This document shows, in pieces, positions 27,234 to 35,405 of a stretch of DNA of 64,000 bases. A program made the position numbers and the translations under genes. The notes beneath the pieces are model-generated. The model had not been told where the DNA came from. It made no database searches and saw only the letters and a program-made list of their open reading frames with translations. How positions within the stretch are numbered: the first letter of the stretch is position 1; each line of letters starts with the position of its first letter. Source of the stretch: a virus (lineage: Duplodnaviria; Caudoviricetes); IMG/VR virus record IMGVR_UViG_3300033067_002581, positions 1 to 64,000 of that record. One strand, given 5' to 3'.

Positions 27234-29468
27234 TTATCTGACGCTTTTGACGTCATCACCAGGCGCGAGGTCTCTGACGAGCACGTCGCCGCGATTCGCT
27301 GTCACGGCTATCGCGTCTCCGAAGCAGAAAAACGAACCCGCGTCAGTCTCGACCTCGAACCAGCCTCGCGCCTTGCGCTGCGCCTCTATCACTAGCTCGA
27401 TCGTCTTCTCGACGATGCGCAGCGTGTCAAGTCCAAGCAGGTCAAACTTGACCCACCCAAACTGATCGAGCTCCTTCACGTTGACGCCCTCGGTCCACGG
27501 CGTCTGCTGCTCACCCTTTGAAGCGATCAGCGGCATGCGCTCCGCTATGCGATCGCAGACTATGACGCCACCCGCGTGTCGGCCCAGCGATCTTGGCTGC
27601 TTGAACAGCGTCGCGATCGGTTCAGCTATCTGAGGATGTTTGTCGATGAAGCTCTTAAACGATGGACTGTGTTTCAGAGCGTCATCAAGCTTCAGCACGA
27701 AAAGATTCTTGTCATCACCGTGCTTGAGCGTAGCCTTTCGAACCTCGTCCTCAACGGTTCGCGTCGCGGCGTTCGCTTCCTCAAAAGGGACGCCGTAAAA
27801 CTTCGCGACGTCTTTGATCAGCGTCTTAAGCTTGAATGTGTTGTAGTTTGAGATGGGAACGACGTTCTCATAGCCAAACTTCTCACGCAGCAGCTCTATC
27901 AGCCTCGCCCTGTCAGACACGTCAGTGTCAACATCTGGCGCCTCCTCGCGATACTTGTTCAAGAATCTCGCGAACAGCAGGTCGTATTTGATCGGATCGA
28001 CATCCGTGATGTGCAAAAGGTACGTCACCAGCGATCCCGCGCCTGAGCCGCGGCCAGGCCCGACGAGCATAGACTGCTGCGCGACATCAACGATCTCTCT
28101 AAGCGTCAGGAAATACTCAGCGAACTTTTTGGCGCTGATGACCTCGAGCTCAGTCTCGAGCCTCTCGACGTACTCTCTCGACGAATCAAAGCCACGCTCC
28201 CTCATCCCGATCTGACACAACTCAGCCAATCGCTGGTCGGCGGTCACACCGGGCGGCACCACGATCGATGTTGGCAGCTTCATCGACCTGTCTGGTTGGA
28301 CGTCTCCGACGACGCTGTGCGCGATGTCATACGATCTCTCGATCGCGTCACAGATCTCATCATCAGCGTAGAAGTCTGCGTCGCCCTTTGACTCCTGATA
28401 CGCCGCCCACACCTGAGCCGCATTCTTTGGATAGAGCTCCGATTTCAGCTGCGATACGTCAGACGGCAGCTTAGACGCATCAATCTCAGCGTAATTAAGC
28501 CATCCAAGCTTCTTGTATATCTCTCGCTCCTTCCACAGCTCTGGGCGAGGATAGTGACTATCAGCTGCCACGACTAGCTGCTTCGTGAGACTGTTTGCGC
28601 GAGCGAACTCTAACATCGCCCTGTTGACATAGTTCTGAGCGGCGAGCCTGTTAAACTGCAGCTCGAGGAACACGTTCTCGCGCCCGAACGCCCACTCCAG
28701 CCTATCAAACGTCGCTGCCATCTTGCGTTGCACGTCACGCATGAGAGAACCATCACTAAGCAAATGATGATTGAGGTCATCAAACTTCACTCGCTGCGCC
28801 GAGCTCAAGGCGTCATACGCCATCGTCCCGCCGATGCAAGCCGTGAGAGCTATCAGGTGATCGCCTTGAGCTGCCTCCTTAAGCATCGCGTAATCGACTC
28901 TAGGAAACCTGTAAAAGCCTTCCGCGTAACCGCGTGACACGAGGTGAAACAGTCGCTGCAGCCCGACGCTCGTCTTTGGTATGACGACGAGGTGATGACG
29001 CCTCTTTATAGGATCGTAATACTTCGTTGACTTTGACTCATCCTCTCGCTCGATGGTCAGCGCGTTGCTCATCTCAACGTCAACAGTCTCATCGTCCTCG
29101 TCAACTGTTGCGACGATGGGTGTGATCACCTGCTCCTCCTGAGCGAGGACACGAGCAACGGCCTCAGTATCACCGTCAGCGGCGTTTCGCTTTAGCTCAT
29201 ACTCTCTGCGCCATTCATTGAGGTCTGGGTGAACGTACATCTCGCACCCAGCGATGAATTTGAACCTCTTATCCTGCTTCTTAAGCTTCTCAGCGAACAG
29301 AAAAGCAGACGCATATGAGTTGCAGTGACCGTGCTCCGTAAGAGCCCAGGCGTCCATGCCGTTCTCTAGAACGTATTTGATGTGATCCTCGGCGGCGCCG
29401 AGGCCATCATAGACGCTTGCGCCTGTGTGAGCGTGGAGACCTACGAACTTCGATGGAACTTTTATCAT
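27234..29468 (-). CDS. dnaE: DNA polymerase III alpha, N-terminal half (PHP, palm, thumb) with an intein-like 42-aa tail
   Basis: LHAHT, ALTEHG, GRGSGAGSL, PDVDTD, HAGGV, KFDLLGL. Confidence 0.95.
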   Translation of the reverse strand: MIKVPSKFVGLHAHTGASVYDGLGAAEDHIKYVLENGMDAWALTEHGHCNSYASAFLFAEKLKKQDKRFKFIAGCEMYVHPDLNEWRREYELKRNAADGDTEAVARVLAQEEQVITPIVATVDEDDETVDVEMSNALTIEREDESKSTKYYDPIKRRHHLVVIPKTSVGLQRLFHLVSRGYAEGFYRFPRVDYAMLKEAAQGDHLIALTACIGGTMAYDALSSAQRVKFDDLNHHLLSDGSLMRDVQRKMAATFDRLEWAFGRENVFLELQFNRLAAQNYVNRAMLEFARANSLTKQLVVAADSHYPRPELWKEREIYKKLGWLNYAEIDASKLPSDVSQLKSELYPKNAAQVWAAYQESKGDADFYADDEICDAIERSYDIAHSVVGDVQPDRSMKLPTSIVVPPGVTADQRLAELCQIGMRERGFDSSREYVERLETELEVISAKKFAEYFLTLREIVDVAQQSMLVGPGRGSGAGSLVTYLLHITDVDPIKYDLLFARFLNKYREEAPDVDTDVSDRARLIELLREKFGYENVVPISNYNTFKLKTLIKDVAKFYGVPFEEANAATRTVEDEVRKATLKHGDDKNLFVLKLDDALKHSPSFKSFIDKHPQIAEPIATLFKQPRSLGRHAGGVIVCDRIAERMPLIASKGEQQTPWTEGVNVKELDQFGWVKFDLLGLDTLRIVEKTIELVIEAQRKARGWFEVETDAGSFFCFGDAIAVTANRGDVLVRDLAPGDDVKSVR

Positions 29469-29483
29469 GATCCCTCAGATCTG

Positions 29484-29512
29484 ATCATAACACATCCACA
29501 GATCAGGTTCAC
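29484..29512 (-). promoter_or_regulatory. Putative promoter GTGAAC-17-TATGAT for the dnaE N-half
   Basis: Recurrent motif; GAGG SD downstream. Confidence 0.6.
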
Positions 29513-29692
29513 TCATGATTCTATATCGATGACGTGCTGGATGGCTAACAAGTGACCGCGCTCCCACTCAGCTAGATCGACTCCGGTTGGAGGCTCATCT
29601 GGCACCTGCGACCCAGGTAACATCGCAAGCATATATGAGGCATATCCCTTGTCATGATCTGACAGGCGATTGAATTCATCTAGCGTCATCAT
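29513..29692 (-). CDS. 59-aa hypothetical protein
   Basis: Translated by hand: MMTLDEFNRLSDHDKGYASYMLAMLPGSQVPDEPPTGVDLAEWERGHLLAIQHVIDIES; fills the gap. Confidence 0.55.
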   Translation of the reverse strand: MMTLDEFNRLSDHDKGYASYMLAMLPGSQVPDEPPTGVDLAEWERGHLLAIQHVIDIES

Positions 29693-29706
29693 TCGCTTGG
29701 ACGTGT

Positions 29707-30576
29707 TTATGTCCTCCGTCCGGAAGCAAACGCGCGGTCGGTGATCGCTGACATCAGTAGGACGTCTTCAAATGACACGCCGCGACCTGAGTTACGAACG
29801 TAGCCACGAACGGCTGAGATCACGTCGGCACACTCCTGTAATGACATCAGTGTGACTCCCTGCTCGTCAGCGTCAGCTAGCTCGAGCGCCTCCTCAACGA
29901 CTTTCCCGGCGGTTCCGTGCGCGCTTCGCGGTATCGCGTGTATGTGATATCCTGGTGTCTCGCACCTGGGAAACGTCGCCAGCGTCTGTGAAGACGCTGG
30001 CGTATCACTCATGATGCGCCTCTCTCGCTCACACACATCATCAAACGTCAGGTTTGCAGCGTTAAGCGCCAGCTGAAGCGACATCTCAAGCAGGCGCGGT
30101 GGTGGAGAGACGAACGGATCGCGTGATACGTCGGCTCTGATTCGAGAGAAGACACGCGAGTGTTCTGGCGTCTGGTTCTTCTTCCTGAAGAGCGTCATCG
30201 CGAAGACAGCGTCTGTCCGGTGAATCACTCCCGCTTGCATCGCGTATCTCTCTCCACGTCGCACAACAGTTGCTCGCCGCTCGCGAAGGTGAAACCGTCT
30301 GACAGTCTCGACTAGCGGCTTCTGATGATCAAAGCTGCTGACACATTCAGCTGTCATTTCGCGCCAGTCACCGTCATTCGCTTCGATGGCGTCCAATTCA
30401 ACGTTGATCATCTCTCCCGCTATGCACTCGCTCTCTATATCAAATGGATGATCATGCTCATTCCCATAGCTTTTGACTGGTGGGTTCCATGGCGACCAGA
30501 CGTGTAGCCTTGAACCTAACGGCAACTTGACCTTCAAAAAACCGTTCTGATGCTGAGCGATCTCGATGTCTTTCAT
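29707..30576 (-). CDS. Cupin-like domain fused to a MazG-like all-alpha NTP pyrophosphatase domain
   Basis: RLHVW...HDHPF...IHRT; KVVEEALELADA...QECADV. Confidence 0.6.
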   Translation of the reverse strand: MKDIEIAQHQNGFLKVKLPLGSRLHVWSPWNPPVKSYGNEHDHPFDIESECIAGEMINVELDAIEANDGDWREMTAECVSSFDHQKPLVETVRRFHLRERRATVVRRGERYAMQAGVIHRTDAVFAMTLFRKKNQTPEHSRVFSRIRADVSRDPFVSPPPRLLEMSLQLALNAANLTFDDVCERERRIMSDTPASSQTLATFPRCETPGYHIHAIPRSAHGTAGKVVEEALELADADEQGVTLMSLQECADVISAVRGYVRNSGRGVSFEDVLLMSAITDRAFASGRRT

Positions 30577-30581
30577 GACAG

Positions 30582-31172
30582 TTAACTCTTTCTGCTCGCT
30601 TTCATCGCCTGAGAGAACCTGGGCTCCGCCAGACCTGTACCGTATGCCCAGGCGTGACCGATGACTTGTGATTCACGATGCCCATACGAGCCGATCTCAA
30701 TCCCGTTTACAGTCAGATCTGAACCGATGTCAGTCAATGTCATATCGACTTCATCACACCCCTCTAACAGCGCGAACGTCTTGGCGAAGTTACGAAGCCT
30801 TGTCACCTCGCGCTGGATGTCGCCGCACCCGAATGAGAACAGCTCGACTTTGAAGAAGTCCCTGAAATGTATGTCGTCCTCCTCACCATCCCTGAAGCAG
30901 GGTGAGGCTGCGACATAGGCTCCCTTGTCAAGGAGGCTGTTAGACACGCTGATGAATCCCTGCTCTGCAGAGCCGACCAACACTGACGCTCTTTCAGAGC
31001 CGACGTCACACCTAAACGGCACGGCGTCATATGGCATAGTGACGTCGGCTATAGACGGGAACACGCGCCAAGGGACCTCAACATATTTGAACCCGACGCT
31101 CTCATAAAACGCTATCGCCCTGCTAACTCTTGCGTATGAGATGGGTGATCGTAATGACTCCATAGCACTCAC
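30582..31172 (-). CDS. Minimal class II aminoacyl-tRNA synthetase paralog (SerRS-like core)
   Basis: GFKYVEVP, GSAEQ, SPCFRD, FFKVELF, EIGSYG, GTGLAEPR. Confidence 0.75.
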   Translation of the reverse strand: MSAMESLRSPISYARVSRAIAFYESVGFKYVEVPWRVFPSIADVTMPYDAVPFRCDVGSERASVLVGSAEQGFISVSNSLLDKGAYVAASPCFRDGEEDDIHFRDFFKVELFSFGCGDIQREVTRLRNFAKTFALLEGCDEVDMTLTDIGSDLTVNGIEIGSYGHRESQVIGHAWAYGTGLAEPRFSQAMKASRKS

Positions 31173-31744
31173 CTCGCCTTCAGCTTCTTAGCGCGATCGC
31201 ATTGTGTGCTCGTTGACAGCGTATAGAATGGGCTTCTCACAGCCGAGCAATGCGCTTGAGCGGCGCGAAGCGCGACCTCGACCCTACGCTCGACACTCTC
31301 ACCTTCAGTTGAGAACAGCGATCCCTCAGCGATCTGATCGCCACAGCCGACAGCTGCGTAGTCACACGCTGGAGACGCTATCTGAAAATCAGAATACACG
31401 CAAAAGATCTTGCTTCGTATCGCGACAATGAACGTCCCTCCACTCTCAACGTTGTTCTCAACGCTAGAGAAACCTGCGTCACGCAGCGATGACCTGATCG
31501 CGGGTATGAACTCAGCGACCATGTAACGCATCAAGTCGCGATCGTCACTTGGAGCTTTCGGAACCTGAGTCAGGTGCTGCAGCACCTGACCCATACGAAA
31601 CGATGAGGTGAAACCGATGATCAGCTCTCCGAGCTTGAAGATCTTCTGATCCGCCCTGATCATCAGGGATTCATCAGCCACTGATGCGCTGTCAGCACCG
31701 ACAGTCACACGCGATCCGTCAGACACGGCGACTATGCAGGTCAT
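31169..31744 (-). CDS. Ntn-hydrolase (HslV/proteasome beta-like) peptidase
   Basis: M-T-CIVAV, GADS, KIF, AVGCG. Confidence 0.8.
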   Translation of the reverse strand: MTCIVAVSDGSRVTVGADSASVADESLMIRADQKIFKLGELIIGFTSSFRMGQVLQHLTQVPKAPSDDRDLMRYMVAEFIPAIRSSLRDAGFSSVENNVESGGTFIVAIRSKIFCVYSDFQIASPACDYAAVGCGDQIAEGSLFSTEGESVERRVEVALRAAQAHCSAVRSPFYTLSTSTQCDRAKKLKAR

Positions 31745-32073
31745 CGCCCTGCGACTCCAGTTGAGCTTTGATCACTTTCCTCATATCGTGAGAGTCGACG
31801 ACGGAGTTCCTCTATCTCACGAGCCATCGCCTGTTTTTCCTCATCGATGCAATCTGGCTGACCAGTCAGGTCATCCACGACCCTCGCGGCCGCGTTAGCC
31901 TTCTTATAATCATCAAGGATCTTCCTAATGGTGCGCAACTCATCAGGAGACAGGTCGATCTCAGGCGCCAGGCGCTGTGGGTGAAACGGCTCTGGGCTCA
32001 TCGGAACGACACGCTCGACCCACGGCCTGATCCTCGGATGAAAGCTGTCATGGACCATAGACACTACGCACAT
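31741..32073 (-). CDS. Hypothetical protein
   Basis: Coupled ORF beginning MCVVSMV. Confidence 0.65.
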   Translation of the reverse strand: MCVVSMVHDSFHPRIRPWVERVVPMSPEPFHPQRLAPEIDLSPDELRTIRKILDDYKKANAAARVVDDLTGQPDCIDEEKQAMAREIEELRRRLSRYEESDQSSTGVAGR

Positions 32074-33081
32074 CTATCTCACCTCACGATAAAAATTTTC
32101 GATCGCTGCATCACACCCCCACTTGCTAGGAAGGCAGAACCTGTCAAGAGGCGCAGCGCTTGCGCTCTTGTATCTCTGTTTTATGTTTGTCCTGCCAGAG
32201 ACACCAGCTATCGTGGGGTGCGCAAGCCTTGCATACTTGCTTAGCTCGCAGAACAGGTTCTGACAGTCTATCAGCTTAAGCCGGCGCCCGAACAGCGACT
32301 GAAAATTCATGCCGCGCTGCGCAAACTCATCATCCGCCCTCGCTGCCATCTCTCTTATGGCGCTAGCAGGATCGACTCTGGACGCAAAGCATTTTGACAC
32401 GCCATCGTCCGCGCCCGGGCCTGCGACCACGAACTCGTCCTCGTCAAATGACGTCAGTCGCGAGTAGTTTATGTCGATCGCCATCTGAAACGACAGGAAC
32501 CTTCCCATCGAGGGATATGACATGATAACGTTATAAAGATCCTGAAGCGACGCTGATGATAGCACCTTCGTAGTCATGTCATCAACCATCATATACTCGA
32601 TCAGCTTCAGGTGATCAGCGTGTTTCGTGACCTCTCCGAGGCGTGGCGAAGGCATCATATAGGCGGCGCTGTATATCGCAGCACCGGAATTCTTAATATC
32701 ATCCAGAGCGTCGACATAGACATCGCGATCGAAATCACGCCATGACACGACGCCGACCCTCATCACCAGCTCACGCCACGTGTCGATCTTGTTGAACAGC
32801 TTGAAGATCAGGATCCTGAACAGCGTCTCACTCGGAGACTGATCGCCGTCGTTGATGACGTGACGTATCAGGTACTGACTGACCCTGTCAGAGACGCGGT
32901 ATGGGTTTGTGAACCTGTGATCGCGTATGATCTCATCCGTCGTCCATGGAGCTGGCAGGTCGCGCAGGCGCCTGAAGAACACCGCCTGTCGCTCGCATGC
33001 AAACGACCAGTATGAGTCATACGCCGGCGTGACATCGACGTCGCTGCCATCAATTCGAATCGATCTGGTCATCCAGCACAC
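32074..33081 (-). CDS. aGPT-Pplase1 / 5-hmdU DNA kinase helical-domain protein
   Basis: YWSFACERQ, PWTTDEI, FTNPYRVSDRVSQ, FKLFNK, YSAAY, GPGA, QNLFCELSKY. Confidence 0.8.
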   Translation of the reverse strand: MCWMTRSIRIDGSDVDVTPAYDSYWSFACERQAVFFRRLRDLPAPWTTDEIIRDHRFTNPYRVSDRVSQYLIRHVINDGDQSPSETLFRILIFKLFNKIDTWRELVMRVGVVSWRDFDRDVYVDALDDIKNSGAAIYSAAYMMPSPRLGEVTKHADHLKLIEYMMVDDMTTKVLSSASLQDLYNVIMSYPSMGRFLSFQMAIDINYSRLTSFDEDEFVVAGPGADDGVSKCFASRVDPASAIREMAARADDEFAQRGMNFQSLFGRRLKLIDCQNLFCELSKYARLAHPTIAGVSGRTNIKQRYKSASAAPLDRFCLPSKWGCDAAIENFYREVR

Positions 33082-33647
33082 GTTATCATGAACGGGTGTC
33101 GCCAGTCAGCACCATCACTAGCGTCGCTGATCGCCCTGATCGCCATCGCCGTGAGCCATGACAGGTTTGGCATCATGCTAAGCGACACGCGCTCGCCATC
33201 CCGTGAATAGCTGATGACATCACCACGAATCACATCAGCTACGTGACAGACAAACACGCTCTCTGACTCGCGGGTCGTGACAGAGTACACATCAGGCGTG
33301 ACTGCACAATACATCGCTGTCTCAGAGAGAGTCAGACCGTCAGCAACGCGTGACACGGTCGCAAAATGCGTCAGATGCTCGATACGCACGCCTGATTCCT
33401 CAAGCGTCTCTCTCCTCGCGCAGCAGGCGTGCGCGCCATCTCTCCACACCTTTCTGCGTTGTCCAGTGAGCAGCGCAGAATCAACGTCAAGACACAGCGC
33501 TACGCGAGCGCTCTCCCAATCACTGTCATCGACCTTGCCACCGATAAAGTTCGCCAATCCAGCGAGTCGCTCTGGGCGAAGCTTGTGAATCAACGCGATG
33601 TCAGTCAGCTGCGGGCTAAGCAGCACGACTGAGCTGTGTCTATCCAT
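33069..33647 (-). CDS. Nudix hydrolase with an insertion inside the Nudix box
   Basis: NFIGGKVD, about 30 extra residues, CARRETLEESG. Confidence 0.7.
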   Translation of the reverse strand: MDRHSSVVLLSPQLTDIALIHKLRPERLAGLANFIGGKVDDSDWESARVALCLDVDSALLTGQRRKVWRDGAHACCARRETLEESGVRIEHLTHFATVSRVADGLTLSETAMYCAVTPDVYSVTTRESESVFVCHVADVIRGDVISYSRDGERVSLSMMPNLSWLTAMAIRAISDASDGADWRHPFMITCAG

Positions 33648-33857
33648 TTATTGCCTCCTCTGTCCTGATTCGACATAGGTGAATGATTTCACATCACCTT
33701 CAACGGTGATTGATATGCATTCCCTGCGCAATCGCGGCACCCACCTGAATATCACGTCATCACATACGCCCGCCTCAGCGGCGCGGCGCCTGACGATGCC
33801 TTCATCCCGAGCAGCGATTATGACGCCTCGCACAGGATGGTGCGCGACGAATATCAA
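33648..33857 (-). CDS. Hypothetical protein
   Basis: Coupled ORF. Confidence 0.5.
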   Translation of the reverse strand: MIFVAHHPVRGVIIAARDEGIVRRRAAEAGVCDDVIFRWVPRLRRECISITVEGDVKSFTYVESGQRRQ

Positions 33858-34399
33858 GAGCTGACCATCATAGATGGAAACAGCTCGATCACCCTATCAC
33901 AGCACGTGTCTAACGAGTCATACACTCGTATGCCAGCGCAGTGCGCGTGATACCTGATGTGACCCGTGGTGTCAGCTCTTGGAGGGATTCCGTATATCAA
34001 GAGACCCCTGCTGACACCGGCCTCATGTAGCGCCGACGCTCTGCCCACCTCACTCCTGGTCGTCTTTCCCGGAGTCTCGTCACACATGTCGCACCAAGCG
34101 AGCGTGACGGTTGCTCCATCGATCCATGAGGTCTCCCAGTCAAGCACACGCTGCGTCGAGCGTCTCATGCCTGGGATGATCGACTGCTTGCCGTCATCCC
34201 ACCTCTGCTGAAACGAGCGACCTGACGGATCAGGACCCAGAAACTCTGGGATGATGATTGAGACATCAGCGTTTGCGAACCTGTCTATGACACGCTGCCT
34301 CCACGGCGTTCGAACGCCATTTCGCGCGGTCGGACCGAGCAGAAAAACGCTGAGCCGATCATCAGCGACAAACGGATCATCATACGTTACGAGTCTCAT
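33854..34399 (-). CDS. Nucleoside 2-deoxyribosyltransferase-like / nucleotide N-glycosidase fold
   Basis: VFLLGPT, WRQ, IIPE, WE, TTRSEVG. Confidence 0.65.
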   Translation of the reverse strand: MRLVTYDDPFVADDRLSVFLLGPTARNGVRTPWRQRVIDRFANADVSIIIPEFLGPDPSGRSFQQRWDDGKQSIIPGMRRSTQRVLDWETSWIDGATVTLAWCDMCDETPGKTTRSEVGRASALHEAGVSRGLLIYGIPPRADTTGHIRYHAHCAGIRVYDSLDTCCDRVIELFPSMMVSS

Positions 34400-35358
34400 C
34401 TAACGTCCCTATATGACTGATACGTCATCCTCAGACCATCATCTAGCTCTACGAGAGGCGACCACCCAAGATCGTTTGAGGCGATGGTGATATCTGGTCG
34501 CCGATTTGTTGGATCGTCAATGAGGCGAGGACCAAACGTGATATTGAGGTGACGACCAGTGACACGCTGGACGGTCTCCGCGAGCTCAAGGATGGATACC
34601 TCATGTGGGTTACCCAGGTTCACTGGGTGATCTGGGGTGCATGGTGCATGGTGCAGCGCGAGCAAGCCAGATATCAGATCTGACACATAACACAGCGATC
34701 TTGTCTGCGACCCATCTCCGTGGATCGCGACTGGGGATCCTGATAACGCAGATCGCATCAGCTCTGTGACGATCCTTCCATCGCCGAGCATCATCCTCGG
34801 ACCATACGTGTTAAAGATTCTAGCGAGGCGAACGTCATGTCCCTCTGAGCGAGCGATCCACAGCATCGCCTCGGCGGCGCGCTTGCCTTCGTCATAGCAA
34901 GCTCGCGGCCCCCAGGTGTTCACCCTACCTACGTATGACTCATCCTGAGGAGAGACCGTCGGATCACCGTATACCTCAGACGTTGAGGCGTGAACCAGAA
35001 CGCAATCAGCTCTTTTGGCGATATGCAAGCAGCTAGCGACTCCGATGACAGACGTCATCAGCGTATGCATGGGAAGACGCTGGTATGCTGGAGGAGACGC
35101 TGGACACGCCATGTTAAAGACTGCGTGAAAGCGAGAGCCCACGGCCGCTAGCAGCGCGCCCGGCTCAGCGATGTTGACCTCTCTGAACGAGAATCTAGGA
35201 CGGCTAATCAGATCGATGTGATGCTTGGAGCCTGGGTCAGATGTCGAGAAATCATCAGCTCCAACGACCTCGCAGCCTCGATCGAGGAGAGCGTCAGCTA
35301 GGTGTGATCCCAAAAAACCTGCGGCGCCGGTGACAAGTACTCGTCTCTTGTGTGTCAT
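34396..35358 (-). CDS. UDP-glucuronate decarboxylase (UDP-xylose synthase) family
   Basis: TGAAGFLGSH, ACPASPPAYQ, STSEVYGDP, GPRACYDEGKR, RIFNTYGPRM, NLGNP. Confidence 0.9.
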   Translation of the reverse strand: MTHKRRVLVTGAAGFLGSHLADALLDRGCEVVGADDFSTSDPGSKHHIDLISRPRFSFREVNIAEPGALLAAVGSRFHAVFNMACPASPPAYQRLPMHTLMTSVIGVASCLHIAKRADCVLVHASTSEVYGDPTVSPQDESYVGRVNTWGPRACYDEGKRAAEAMLWIARSEGHDVRLARIFNTYGPRMMLGDGRIVTELMRSALSGSPVAIHGDGSQTRSLCYVSDLISGLLALHHAPCTPDHPVNLGNPHEVSILELAETVQRVTGRHLNITFGPRLIDDPTNRRPDITIASNDLGWSPLVELDDGLRMTYQSYRDVR

Positions 35359-35365
35359 CAATGAG

Positions 35366-35395
35366 ACTGTACACCACGCGCAGGACTGATTTCAC
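35366..35395 (-). promoter_or_regulatory. Putative promoter GTGAAA-18-TACAGT, leaderless
   Basis: Recurrent motif, ATG 7 nt downstream. Confidence 0.6.
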
Positions 35396-35405
35396 ACATT
35401 CACCG

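Noticed and set aside
27234-27236. Stop-codon recoding as the cause of the dnaE split
   Set aside because: The stop is TAA, 2.5 kb of other genes intervene, and TAG, TGA and TAA all end full-length genes elsewhere in the window.
27234-27326. CFGDAIAV...GDDV read as a short, atypical functional N-intein starting at Cys
   Set aside because: It would need a long C-intein ending HN-C/S/T at the start of dnaE-C. Only about 12 extra residues are present and no intervening ORF supplies it, so splicing is unsupported, though not formally excluded.
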